Part shown: piece by piece, positions 29,276-38,736 of the stretch | Numbering within the stretch: position 1 is the first letter of the stretch | Layout of the letters: the number at the start of each line of letters is the position of its first letter | Assembly (NCBI GenBank): GCA_964524555.1 | Contig: CAZGGA010000008.1 | Span: 31,607 to 95,606, forward strand | From: an uncultured Acetatifactor sp. | GTDB lineage: Bacteria > Bacillota > Clostridia > Lachnospirales > Lachnospiraceae | Direction: 5' to 3' | Length of the DNA stretch: 64,000 bases | Translations under genes and position numbers: made by a program | The notes under the pieces: generated by a model | The model's database searches: none | What the model was told of the DNA's origin: nothing | The model's input: the letters and a program-made list of their open reading frames with translations, nothing else

Positions 29276-29451
29276 TTTGATTTTGTCCTCTCTTACAATT
29301 AAAACATTACGGTTCTAATGGAACCGCCTGCCTATTGGCACTTTCTGCCAAGATACACTTTATAGTTTATGAGGACAACCTCCAAAATATGCCAACGTAT
29401 TACTCGAATTTCTGAATTGTACAAATTTATATAAAATGATATAATGATTTC

Positions 29452-30312
29452 ATGACAGAAAATAAAAAAGAACACTCAGTCAACAAAATAAAACAAAAAA
29501 ACTCCCTTCCCAATCATTATGCAGGGGTATTTTCTGCCCGCAAAAAAAACGGGGATATTTATTATCGCGCATCTTTAACCCACCGCAAAAAACATATCAG
29601 CCTTGGGAGTTATTCTTCCGCCCAAAAGGCGCACAAAGCGTATCTGGAGGGTTCCCGACTGCTTGCGGATTCTCGTATCACCCTTATGGATTTTACAGAG
29701 GAATCTCCTCTGCCTTTTGAAAAATGGGTATCTTTGATTAATTTCAGAGACAATGGCTTATATCTGGGCAATCCCATTTATATTGGTCAGAGGCTGTTCT
29801 ATTATTATATGACCCCCTTACATGTGTTAAAATTTGACATGGATGATTTGTTTTATTATTCTTCTCACAAAATCATGCAGCGGGGAAATCATTATTTTGT
29901 AGCGGATTATGGCATGCAGGTAAATCTGGCTTCCCGATACGGTATCAAGAATTATGCGATATGTGGTGTGGACTTTTGCTTCCGCAATGGGGACAACACG
30001 GACTTCAGGCGGGAAAATCTGGAAATTATGAATTCTTATCACGGCGTCCGTTTCAAGCAGCAAAAAAACGGACAGTATTGTTATACTGTCCGCATTCATG
30101 TACGAGGCAATCTTCTGGTGGGGAATTATGCCACGGAGTTAGAGGCTGCCATTGCCTACAACAAAGCCATTGATATCTTATTACAAAATGGGGTGCGAAA
30201 AAACTACACTCCCAATTATATTGACGGCCTATCCCCTGCCAAGTATGCGGAAATCTACACTTCTCTGGAAATTTCTCCAGGCGTTTTGAATTTCCGCCCC
30301 CAATCTTCCTAA
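29452..30312 (+). CDS. AP2-domain DNA-binding protein: AP2, degenerate HNH-like segment, AP2
   Basis: Residues ~22-66 (HYAGVFSARKKNGDIYYRASL..ISLGSYSSAQKAHKAYLEG) and ~196-245 (YHGVRFKQQKNGQYCYTVRI...LVGNYATELEAAIAYNKAIDIL) fit the AP2 pattern YRGV..(x)..W.A.I...LG.F.T.EEAA.AY. Residues ~170-192 (CGVDFCFRNGDNTDFRRENLEI) resemble an HNH_3 box with the catalytic His replaced. Confidence 0.65.
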   Translation: MTENKKEHSVNKIKQKNSLPNHYAGVFSARKKNGDIYYRASLTHRKKHISLGSYSSAQKAHKAYLEGSRLLADSRITLMDFTEESPLPFEKWVSLINFRDNGLYLGNPIYIGQRLFYYYMTPLHVLKFDMDDLFYYSSHKIMQRGNHYFVADYGMQVNLASRYGIKNYAICGVDFCFRNGDNTDFRRENLEIMNSYHGVRFKQQKNGQYCYTVRIHVRGNLLVGNYATELEAAIAYNKAIDILLQNGVRKNYTPNYIDGLSPAKYAEIYTSLEISPGVLNFRPQSS

Positions 30313-30337
30313 GCACATCTCTTCTGATTTTTAGGGC

Positions 30338-31459
30338 TTATTTCTCTGTATAATCGATAAAGCTGATATTCAGGCTGGCATATCCGGCAATTCCGTCAAT
30401 GGAAGCATCCTGTTTATACTGCCACATAGTGAATTTATATGGGTAATCCGGAATATCCTGAAGCTGGGACAGCCATACATCATACGCCGTCAGCTTGGAC
30501 ATATCAATTTCTTTTATCAGCCACTCCTTATTCCCATAAATCATGGCTTTGTGACCGGAATTTTGAATGGTATCCAAAAATGCCTTGGCAATGGTAGTCT
30601 TTTCCGTCTTACTAAGACCGTCAATCCTCGCATTGTCGTTCTCAATATGCTCCATGTCAAAGGCAATGGGATAATCTATGCGGTAATCGCCAATATGCTC
30701 AAGCACCATGTTGGCTTCCTCCACAGCCTCCTCCGCCGTGATTGCCTGTGAGAAAAAGTAAAGTCCAATCTGGAGCCCCGCATCGCTGGCACGCTTGATA
30801 TTATCCTCAAAATACTCATCCAATACCAGCTGCCCGCTGCCATATCCTCTTGCCCCCACGCGAATCATGACAAAATTCACGCCAGCCTTTTTCAGCTTTA
30901 TAAAATCCACATAGTCCTGATATTTAGAGATATCCGCCCCCACAAAGGAAGTCTGTTTTCCGTCCACATAATATTTCATCAGGTCGGACTGACACACAAG
31001 CTTGGTAAAATCATATTCATGCTTGGGCAGATAAGGACTGATAAGCACCCACTCCTCCTTGCCGTTTGCATAGGTCACAAGGGTATGTTTTCCGTCCGTT
31101 GAAGGGTCATTCTCCACGGGTTCCGGCGATTTGGAGGGTTTGGATGCTTCCGACTCCTTAGACGCACTGCTCTGCGTCTGATAGTATTCCCAAAAATCCA
31201 AATCCTGTGGTTTTAGTTTTCCGCCGCTGGAAGGCTTGTCCGTACCGACATTCAAAGGGCTGTCCACACTGTCCGTCTCGTCCAGAATCACCCCATGAGA
31301 AGCACTAGAGGGAACTTTGTGACTTTTATTTCCCTCTTGATTATTCATAAGAAGCACTATCACCAGAATCGTTCCCACAAACAAAGTAACTGCCATAACG
31401 GCGGATATCACCGTTGGGGTAATTCCGGAATGGTCTTCATAATCGTCAGGTAACTGCAA
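30338..31459 (-). CDS. Membrane-anchored GH25 muramidase (lysozyme)
   Basis: N-terminal TM, S/P/E-rich linker, then GADISKYQDYVDF..AGVNFVMIRVG...DAGLQIGLYFF...AFDMEH, typical of glycoside hydrolase family 25. Confidence 0.85.
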   Translation of the reverse strand: MQLPDDYEDHSGITPTVISAVMAVTLFVGTILVIVLLMNNQEGNKSHKVPSSASHGVILDETDSVDSPLNVGTDKPSSGGKLKPQDLDFWEYYQTQSSASKESEASKPSKSPEPVENDPSTDGKHTLVTYANGKEEWVLISPYLPKHEYDFTKLVCQSDLMKYYVDGKQTSFVGADISKYQDYVDFIKLKKAGVNFVMIRVGARGYGSGQLVLDEYFEDNIKRASDAGLQIGLYFFSQAITAEEAVEEANMVLEHIGDYRIDYPIAFDMEHIENDNARIDGLSKTEKTTIAKAFLDTIQNSGHKAMIYGNKEWLIKEIDMSKLTAYDVWLSQLQDIPDYPYKFTMWQYKQDASIDGIAGYASLNISFIDYTEK

Positions 31460-31510
31460 ATTTTACACCTCCCTTCCTTCTTACGTAAAGGATTTGTTTC
31501 TTTCTGTTTT

Positions 31511-32308
31511 TTATACTTTTACAATCGCTTTCTTAGGACATTTTTCCGCACAGGTACCGCAGCCTGTGCATTTTTCCTGGTCAATCACCGCATGGAAATC
31601 CGTAACCCGGACAGCCTCATGGGGACAATTCTTGACGCAGATGCCGCAACCGATACAGCCTGTCTGGCAAGCCTTCATGGTCACCGGTCCTTTGTCCGTG
31701 GAACTGCATGCCACCACCTGTTTTGCACGATAAGGAATAAGGGAAATCAAGTGCTTGGGACAAACATCTACGCATTTGCCGCAGGCCTTGCACTTTTCCT
31801 TATCAACAACTGCCACGCCCTTTATCACCGAAATCGCATCAAAAGGACAGACCTGCACACAACTGCCATAACCCATGCAGCCGCTGTTACAGGACTTGGG
31901 GCCTCCCCCCGGCACAAATCCCATCATCCGGCAGTCAGTAACCCCAATATAATCATAGTCCACTCCCGCCTTGTCACAGTCTCCCTGACAGTGGACATAG
32001 GCAACCATTTTCTCTGTATTTTCAGCGGTTACGCCCATAATCTGCGCAATTTTCTGTCCGACAGCTTCTCCTCCCACCGGACAGGCATTTGTGGGAGCTT
32101 CCCCCTTGGCGATGGCGGCAGCCAGACCGGAACAGCCCGCAAAACCACAGCCGCCGCAATTATTGCCGGGAAGGACGCCAAGCACTGCCTCTTCTTTCTC
32201 ATCCACTTCCACTTTGAATTTGATACCTGCCACGCCCAGAAACAGTCCTACAAAGATGCCTACTGCTCCTACAATGGCAGCCGCTGTTATGATACCCACT
32301 ATATTCAT
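31511..32308 (-). CDS. rnfB: Rnf electron-transport complex subunit B (polyferredoxin)
   Basis: N-terminal TM and multiple CxxCxxCxxxCP motifs. Last gene of the rnfCDGEAB order. Confidence 0.9.
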   Translation of the reverse strand: MNIVGIITAAAIVGAVGIFVGLFLGVAGIKFKVEVDEKEEAVLGVLPGNNCGGCGFAGCSGLAAAIAKGEAPTNACPVGGEAVGQKIAQIMGVTAENTEKMVAYVHCQGDCDKAGVDYDYIGVTDCRMMGFVPGGGPKSCNSGCMGYGSCVQVCPFDAISVIKGVAVVDKEKCKACGKCVDVCPKHLISLIPYRAKQVVACSSTDKGPVTMKACQTGCIGCGICVKNCPHEAVRVTDFHAVIDQEKCTGCGTCAEKCPKKAIVKV

Positions 32309-32353
32309 ATGAATAACCTTGCCTTTCTATTTCAAGCGTAAAGTTTTAGATTT

Positions 32354-32938
32354 CTATAGAAGCCCTGAAAATCCACAAAATGCAATGGCCATAAGCCCTG
32401 CGGTCAGCAGCACCATGGGCATTCCTCTGAAAGCTTTCGGCACATCATTATACTCCATCTTCTCACGCAGCCCTGCGAGAATCACGATTGCTATGGTAAA
32501 CCCTAGTGCCGTGGCAAAACCGTTCACAATGCCGGTAAGAATTCCGTATTCCTTCTGTACATTGGTGATGGCAACGCCCAAAACAGCACAGTTTGTGGTA
32601 ATCAAGGGTAGATAAACCCCTAACGCCTCATAAAGCGAGGGCATGGCTTTCCTTAAAAACATTTCCACAAATTGTACCAGAGCAGCAATCACCAGAATAA
32701 ATACAATGGTCTGCAAATACTCAATATGTAACGCCTGCAATACAAATTTATAAATCACACCCGCTACTGCGCTTGCTAGCGTAATGACAAAAATCACGGC
32801 CGTTCCCATGCCCGCAGCAGTCTTTATTTTTTTCGATACCCCAAGGAACGGGCACAGTCCCAGAAATTGGCTTAATACTACATTGCTTATCAAGGAGGAG
32901 CTGATGAGCAGAATCAATAAATCCTTTATACTTTCCAT
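32354..32938 (-). CDS. rnfA: Rnf complex subunit A
   Basis: 194-aa six-TM protein with RnfA/NqrE-like sequence (LGLCPFLGVS). Confidence 0.9.
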   Translation of the reverse strand: MESIKDLLILLISSSLISNVVLSQFLGLCPFLGVSKKIKTAAGMGTAVIFVITLASAVAGVIYKFVLQALHIEYLQTIVFILVIAALVQFVEMFLRKAMPSLYEALGVYLPLITTNCAVLGVAITNVQKEYGILTGIVNGFATALGFTIAIVILAGLREKMEYNDVPKAFRGMPMVLLTAGLMAIAFCGFSGLL

Positions 32939-33682
32939 CTACCTATCCTCCTTTTCCAAGTCAATAAAGTCTATCGTCTCTTCCTCACCGTAAAACCGTT
33001 TAGAACAGCCGCTTTCCGAACAGTTCATGCAATCCTCACTGCATCCCGACTGTATCTTGCTGTAATCTTTTCCCTTTTTGGCCCCTGTAAACTTCACATA
33101 ATTCTGCAGCGCCGTCAGTCCCGCCAGCACGAAAAATGCTCCCGGTGCCAGCACAAATATATTAATGGGAACATAGGATTCAGGCATAATGCCATATTCA
33201 AAAATGGTTCCTGCACCCAGAATTTCCCTGACTGCGCCGATACAGGTCAACGCCAGAGAAAAACCAAGCCCCATTCCAAGCCCGTCAAAGAGAGCGGGAA
33301 TCGGTGGATTGGAATAAGCATAACTTTCGGCTCTCCCCAAGATAATGCAATTCACCACAATCAGGGGAATGTATACTCCCAGCGCCTTATTTAAAAAGGG
33401 CAGATAAGCTTCCAAAAGCAACTGCATCACTGTCACAAAGGATGCGATAATCACAATAAATGCCGGAATCCGGACCCTGCCCGGAATCACCTTGCGAAGT
33501 AGGGAAATAATCAGATTACTGCAGACAAGGACAGCCGCCGTAGTAAGTCCCATCCCAAGACCGTTTATTGCGGATGTAGTGACAGCCAGCGTGGGACACA
33601 TGCCCAGCATCAGCACAAGGGTAGGATTTTCTTTTACAATGCCGTTATAGAGTCTCTCTCCTGCACTATTCATGGCTTCCAC
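32939..33682 (-). CDS. rnfE: Rnf complex subunit E
   Basis: RnfE/NqrD-like (LGMCPTLAVT), followed by a Cys-rich C-terminal tail. Confidence 0.9.
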   Translation of the reverse strand: MEAMNSAGERLYNGIVKENPTLVLMLGMCPTLAVTTSAINGLGMGLTTAAVLVCSNLIISLLRKVIPGRVRIPAFIVIIASFVTVMQLLLEAYLPFLNKALGVYIPLIVVNCIILGRAESYAYSNPPIPALFDGLGMGLGFSLALTCIGAVREILGAGTIFEYGIMPESYVPINIFVLAPGAFFVLAGLTALQNYVKFTGAKKGKDYSKIQSGCSEDCMNCSESGCSKRFYGEEETIDFIDLEKEDR

Positions 33683-34289
33683 CTCCCTGTATCAATTTTG
33701 CAGCGGCCTTCAGCCCGCCATTTACGGCATTGGTCACTGCCTTCGTGGTAATGGTGGCACTGCTGATGGCATCTATCTCGCTTTCCATCTTACTTCCCAA
33801 TTTTGTATAGGTAAATTCGGATACCTTCTTTTGATGAAACTGCGGCGTAAGCACCTTATCCGCACGCATACCAAGTCCCGGCGTCTCAGAAATCTCCAAA
33901 ATGGATATGTCATTTAAGGTACCATCCAAAGAAACGCCTATGTACAAGACTATATTTCCGCCATAACCTTCCGTGGATGTGGTCTCAATCACATACCCTA
34001 ACAGTGTGTTCCCCGCATCCTTCGCCTCAAAAACGGTCCCCAACTTTACTCCCTCCGCCGCCAATTCCGCTGCAAAGTTTTCATCCGGCACATAGGAAAT
34101 CTCAATAAACTGCGCCGCATCCGAAAATACCGCCGCACAAGCCTCCTGCACCGCTTTTTCCTGTTGGAGTCTTATTGGCTCCTTGGTTAATTCATATACA
34201 AATCCAAGCATCAATCCTGAAATCAGGGTGATCACAAACAGAATTCCCGCTTCTTTCAGCATCACTTTGATATCATTATTTTTCTGCAT
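33666..34289 (-). CDS. rnfG: Rnf complex subunit G (FMN-binding)
   Basis: Single TM plus the FMN_bind motif DAISSATITTKAV. Confidence 0.85.
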   Translation of the reverse strand: MQKNNDIKVMLKEAGILFVITLISGLMLGFVYELTKEPIRLQQEKAVQEACAAVFSDAAQFIEISYVPDENFAAELAAEGVKLGTVFEAKDAGNTLLGYVIETTSTEGYGGNIVLYIGVSLDGTLNDISILEISETPGLGMRADKVLTPQFHQKKVSEFTYTKLGSKMESEIDAISSATITTKAVTNAVNGGLKAAAKLIQGGGSHE

Positions 34290-34305
34290 ATTTTCTCCAT
34301 TTTTT

Positions 34306-35241
34306 CTATATTTTTTGCCTTTCCGGCTTCATGCCAAAGGCAGTGGGCTTCGTAACACGCTCTATCAGCGGCACCAAGAGATTCCCCAAAATAATGGCAT
34401 AGGACACACCCTCGGCTCCCGGTCCGAAAATACGGAAGATTCCCGTCATAATCCCTAAAAAGATGCCGAACAGATATTGTCCTTTTATTGTGACAGGTCT
34501 TGTCACATAGTCCGTTGCCATAAAGAATGCTCCCAGCATCAGACCTCCCCCCGCAAGATGTGCGGACAGATATGCCGGATCAAAGCCCCTTCCTCCAAAA
34601 ATACTGACAAACAGCACAAAACTTACAATATAGCTGCCCGGAATGCGCAGGTCGATTACCCCGAGAAGTATCAGGAAGCAGGCGCCTGCCATAATGGCAA
34701 TCATGGAGGTTTCTCCTATGGTTCCTGCCGTATTTCCCATAATCATATTCCTTACATTCACTGCCTCCCCCGCCTTAAGTGCCGCAAGAGGCGTGGCTCC
34801 CGTATAGGCATCACAATCAAAATTTATCATCTGGGAGGGAAAAGAAATCAAGAGGAAACATCTTGCCGCCAGCGCCGGATTCATAAAATTCTGACCCAGC
34901 CCTCCAAACAGCATCTTTACTACCAGAATGGCAAATACTCCTCCTAAAGCCGCCATCCATAAAGGGATGCTCACCGGCAGATTAAGCGCTAATAACAATC
35001 CTGTGACTACTGCCGACAAATCCGTAACAGTTGTCTTCTTCCGGCACAGTCCAAACAAAAACTCCGTCAGCACAGTAGCTGCCACTGTAACTAATACTAC
35101 CACAAACGCCCTTGGTCCAAAATTGTAAATACCATAACCCATAGCCGGAAGCAGGGCGATAATCACAGCCGTCATGATTCCGCTTGTGGTGACTTTGGAA
35201 CGGATATGCGGATTGGATGATACTTTAAAAAGCTCACTCAC
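34306..35241 (-). CDS. rnfD: Rnf complex subunit D
   Basis: 311-aa polytopic NqrB/RnfD-like protein (SNPHIRS, FFMATDYVT). Confidence 0.9.
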   Translation of the reverse strand: MSELFKVSSNPHIRSKVTTSGIMTAVIIALLPAMGYGIYNFGPRAFVVVLVTVAATVLTEFLFGLCRKKTTVTDLSAVVTGLLLALNLPVSIPLWMAALGGVFAILVVKMLFGGLGQNFMNPALAARCFLLISFPSQMINFDCDAYTGATPLAALKAGEAVNVRNMIMGNTAGTIGETSMIAIMAGACFLILLGVIDLRIPGSYIVSFVLFVSIFGGRGFDPAYLSAHLAGGGLMLGAFFMATDYVTRPVTIKGQYLFGIFLGIMTGIFRIFGPGAEGVSYAIILGNLLVPLIERVTKPTAFGMKPERQKI

Positions 35242-35254
35242 CTTCTCTTCCTCC

Positions 35255-36580
35255 TTATTTCTTTCTCTTGGAAAGCTGTATCTTACGCATCGACTTAATT
35301 TGCTGAGTCAGCTGCCTTTTTGCCGGACAGACAAAGCTGCAGCAGCCACATTCACAGCACTCCATTCCATGATTCAGCAGGAATGCCTCCTCGTCAAAAT
35401 GTTCCGCATAATCCGCCAGCTTGCTGGGCATTACTCTGCCGGGACACACCTCTAAACATCTCCCGCAGTTAATGCAGGGCCCCGGCTTTGCATCAGCCAC
35501 ATCATCTTCCAGAAATGCTAACAATGCCGTGGAAGTTTTGGTAGTGGGCACATCCAGACCAAACATGGCAAAACCCATCATGGGACCGCCACAGATGATT
35601 TTCGCAGGTGATTTCTTAAAGCCTCCTGCCTCCTCCACCAATTCCTTATAACTAGTACCGATGCGGATGCGGAAATTTCTGGGAGTCCGTACGGCATCTC
35701 CCGTCACCGACACAATCCTCTCCATTAAAGGCCGCCCCTCAAATACTGCCCGATAAACTGCCACCACCGTATCCACATTGTTTACGATGCAGCCCACATC
35801 TGCAGGCAGCATGGACGAGTTGATTGTTCGTCCCGTTGTTGCATAGATAAGCTGTCTTTCTGCCCCCTGAGGATATTTTGTCTTTAAAGCTTTTACGCTG
35901 ATTTTTGTCTCATTTTTCGTCATCTGCCTAAGCAGAGCAATACAGTCCGGCTTGTTGTCTTCCACAGCCAGAATACCCTGTGCATTCCCAAAAAGGCTCA
36001 ATATCGCCTTCAGACCGCCAATAAGCTTTTCCGGTTCCTCCAACATTCTGCGATAATCAGAAGTCAGATAGGGCTCACACTCGGCGCAATTTACAATACA
36101 GTAATCTATCTTGTCCGGTTCCTTGGGAGAAAGCTTTACATGGGTGGGAAAACCCGCTCCGCCCATACCTACGATTCCCGCTTCCTGTACCGCCTTAAGA
36201 ATCTTATCCCTGTCCATATTGTCAGGAGTAACAGCCGGCGAAAAAGGCACTTCTTTATAAAATTTATCATTTTCCAGAACAATGCTCATAACCATATCCC
36301 CCGTAACCACCCTGCGAGGTTCAATGGTCTTTATGACACCGGACACGGAAGCATAAATCGGCGCAGATACAAATCCTCCGCTCTCCGCAATCTTCTGTCC
36401 TGCCAGCACATGGTCACCCTTTTTAACAATCGCCTTGGCGGGCGCGCCGATATGCTGAGAAAGCGGAAACACCAGCTCGTCTCCCGGAAGCACATCTTTG
36501 ATAGGCTTGTCTTTGGATAAATCCTTGCCGTCATAGGGGTGAATCCCTCCTGCGAATGTAAACTTTGCCATATGTCCCAT
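35255..36580 (-). CDS. rnfC: Rnf complex subunit C (NADH-binding, 2x[4Fe-4S])
   Basis: GMGGAGFPTHVK NADH/FMN motif and two CxxCxxCxxxCP motifs. The start is at 36580 or 36571. Confidence 0.9.
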   Translation of the reverse strand: MGHMAKFTFAGGIHPYDGKDLSKDKPIKDVLPGDELVFPLSQHIGAPAKAIVKKGDHVLAGQKIAESGGFVSAPIYASVSGVIKTIEPRRVVTGDMVMSIVLENDKFYKEVPFSPAVTPDNMDRDKILKAVQEAGIVGMGGAGFPTHVKLSPKEPDKIDYCIVNCAECEPYLTSDYRRMLEEPEKLIGGLKAILSLFGNAQGILAVEDNKPDCIALLRQMTKNETKISVKALKTKYPQGAERQLIYATTGRTINSSMLPADVGCIVNNVDTVVAVYRAVFEGRPLMERIVSVTGDAVRTPRNFRIRIGTSYKELVEEAGGFKKSPAKIICGGPMMGFAMFGLDVPTTKTSTALLAFLEDDVADAKPGPCINCGRCLEVCPGRVMPSKLADYAEHFDEEAFLLNHGMECCECGCCSFVCPAKRQLTQQIKSMRKIQLSKRKK

Positions 36581-36686
36581 TCCTTTCTTATCATTACTTT
36601 AAATATACTATTTTTTTTGTCAAAATACTACTGCATTTTTAAAATTTATGTTATTATATTATATAGAAAAAGATTGGAGGGTCATT

Positions 36687-37790
36687 ATGAGAATTTCAGA
36701 AGAGACTTTGGAGCATTTTTCCATCTCCTATCCTTTGGAAAAAATCGCCCCTTTAGAACAGTTTTTATTTATTGATATAGAAACCACCGGGTTTACCGCC
36801 AAGTCTGCATATCTCTATCTGATAGGCTGTGCTTATTATTCGGAGGGGAATTGGCATACCATTCAATGGATGGCAGAAAATTATGAGGAGGAGGGAAGCC
36901 TTCTGTCGGCATTCTTTACCTTCACGGATTCTTTTACCTACCTGGTGCATTTTAACGGCAACAACTTTGATTTGCCTTTTATCACCCAGAAATGTGAAAG
37001 TCTGTCCCTGCCCTATCATTTTGATAATTTAGTCGGCATTGATTTGTACAAGAGGATTTCCCCATACAAGTTTTTCTTAAAGCTTCCTAACTGCAAGCAG
37101 AAAACCTTGGAGCAGTTCCTTGGCATCAACCGCAAGGATGTATTTTCCGGCGGAGAACTGATTGGTATTTATCACGATTATGTGAAAAATCCTTCTGAAT
37201 TTTCAGAAAAATCCCTCTTCCTTCACAATGCCGATGATTTGAAGGGAATGCTGGAAATCCTGCCCATGCTGGCTTATTATGATATTTTCAATGAGACGGT
37301 GAAAGCAAGAAAGGTACAAGCTAACTATTATAAGGATTACGCAGGGAATAAGCGAAAAGAACTGTTGATTACCGTCACTCTGCCCCTGCCCCTGCCAAAG
37401 CCCGTTTCTTCTTTTGCCAATGACTGTTACTTCCGCGGAGAGGATTCGGAGGCAACTTTGAGGGTTCCTATCTATGAGGAGGAGTTAAAATATTTTTATA
37501 AAAATTATCAGGACTATTACTATCTCCCCTCGGAAGATGTATCCCTTCATAAATCTGTGGCTACCTTTGTGGAAAAGGAAAACCGCATACAGGCTTCCGC
37601 CGCCAACTGTTATACCCGAAAGTTTTCCCTCTATCTTCCCCAATGGGGCACTCTGTTCAAGCCGTTTTTTAAGAGAGATTACAAGAGCCGGGATTTGTTC
37701 TTTGAACTGACGGATGAATTAAAGAGGGATCGTGCCGCTTTTACACAATATGCAAATCATATTCTGAACATGATTGCATCGGTATATTAA
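36687..37790 (+). CDS. YprB-like RNase H-fold (DnaQ-like exonuclease) domain protein with an uncharacterised C-terminal half
   Basis: LFIDIETTGF...HFNGNNFDLPFI acidic motifs of the RNase_H_2/YprB type. The ATG at 36687 has GGAGGG 5 nt upstream. Confidence 0.65.
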   Translation: MRISEETLEHFSISYPLEKIAPLEQFLFIDIETTGFTAKSAYLYLIGCAYYSEGNWHTIQWMAENYEEEGSLLSAFFTFTDSFTYLVHFNGNNFDLPFITQKCESLSLPYHFDNLVGIDLYKRISPYKFFLKLPNCKQKTLEQFLGINRKDVFSGGELIGIYHDYVKNPSEFSEKSLFLHNADDLKGMLEILPMLAYYDIFNETVKARKVQANYYKDYAGNKRKELLITVTLPLPLPKPVSSFANDCYFRGEDSEATLRVPIYEEELKYFYKNYQDYYYLPSEDVSLHKSVATFVEKENRIQASAANCYTRKFSLYLPQWGTLFKPFFKRDYKSRDLFFELTDELKRDRAAFTQYANHILNMIASVY

Positions 37791-37828
37791 AAAAAGGGGA
37801 TACCGTGATAATTCGGTATCCCTTTTTA
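37789..37828. terminator. Bidirectional intrinsic terminator between the convergent yprB-like gene and cheR
   Basis: A-run, GGGGATACCG-tgataatt-CGGTATCCC, then T-run. Confidence 0.75.
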
Positions 37829-37851
37829 TGTACTTTTATGAAATATTACCA

Positions 37852-38628
37852 TCACACTTTCACATAGAAGAAAGAACTCTTCCTGTCATAACCGATTTCC
37901 TTGTAATTAATCACCTGCTCGGTATTGCCAATAAAGAGAATTCCTCCTTTTGACAGGGAACTGCAGAACTTGCGGAAAACTTCGTCCTTAGCTTCCTCTG
38001 TAAAATAAATCAGCACATTTCTGCACACAATCATGTGATAATCCGTAGGATATTTATCCTTTAACAGATTATGCTCATGAAATTCCACTCGTGACTTGAT
38101 TTCGTCTGAAATCTTATAAGAGGGTCCCACCTGAGTGAAATATTTCCTTTTGAATTCATCCGGCACAGCGGCTATACTCTTTTCCGAATACAGTCCCGTC
38201 TTTGCCTTGGCAATCACCTGCTTATCCAAATCCGTGGCATAAATCTTAATCTGGTTCATAGGAATATGCTTGGACAGTGCCATCACCAGAGAATATGGCT
38301 CGTCTCCGGTAGAGCAGGCTGCACTCCAGATTTTCAGGTTTTTCCCATATTTTTGAATCAACTCGGGAATAATCTCTGTATCCAATAACTTCCATTGTTC
38401 CGGATTACGGTAAAATTCCGATACATTGATAGTGATATAGTTGACAAATTCATCAAATAACGCTTTGTCGGTTCTCAATGCCTCCACATACTTATCATAA
38501 CCTGAAATATTATGCTTCGTAATCAAGGTATCAATCCGACGCTTCATCTGTGCTTGCTTATAGGCATTCAAATCTATGGTAGTAAGCGCCAATACTTCTT
38601 TTTTCAGATATTCATAGTCATATGTCAT
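37852..38628 (-). CDS. cheR: Chemotaxis protein-glutamate O-methyltransferase CheR (stand-alone)
   Basis: ITINVSEFYRNPEQW and IWSAACSTGDEPYSL motifs. Confidence 0.85.
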   Translation of the reverse strand: MTYDYEYLKKEVLALTTIDLNAYKQAQMKRRIDTLITKHNISGYDKYVEALRTDKALFDEFVNYITINVSEFYRNPEQWKLLDTEIIPELIQKYGKNLKIWSAACSTGDEPYSLVMALSKHIPMNQIKIYATDLDKQVIAKAKTGLYSEKSIAAVPDEFKRKYFTQVGPSYKISDEIKSRVEFHEHNLLKDKYPTDYHMIVCRNVLIYFTEEAKDEVFRKFCSSLSKGGILFIGNTEQVINYKEIGYDRKSSFFYVKV

Positions 38629-38736
38629 ATTCTATACCATCCTATATTCATTTATTTTGAATATATCTCTATTTTATTATGACTGCCGCTTAAGTTATGC
38701 ATAGATAATTGGCTCACAATACTTTATTGTACGAAA

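Noticed and set aside
29335-29351. TGGCAC within TTGGCACTTTCTGCCAA as a possible sigma-54 (-24/-12) promoter.
   Set aside because: The GG-to-GC spacing is 8 nt rather than the required 10. The sequence is better described as a simple TTGGCA-N5-TGCCAA palindrome.
28643-31459. The GH25 lysozyme plus SleB-like hydrolase as a prophage lysis cassette.
   Set aside because: There is no holin, portal, terminase, capsid, tail or integrase gene and no att-like direct repeats in the window. Both hydrolases have membrane anchors typical of host enzymes.
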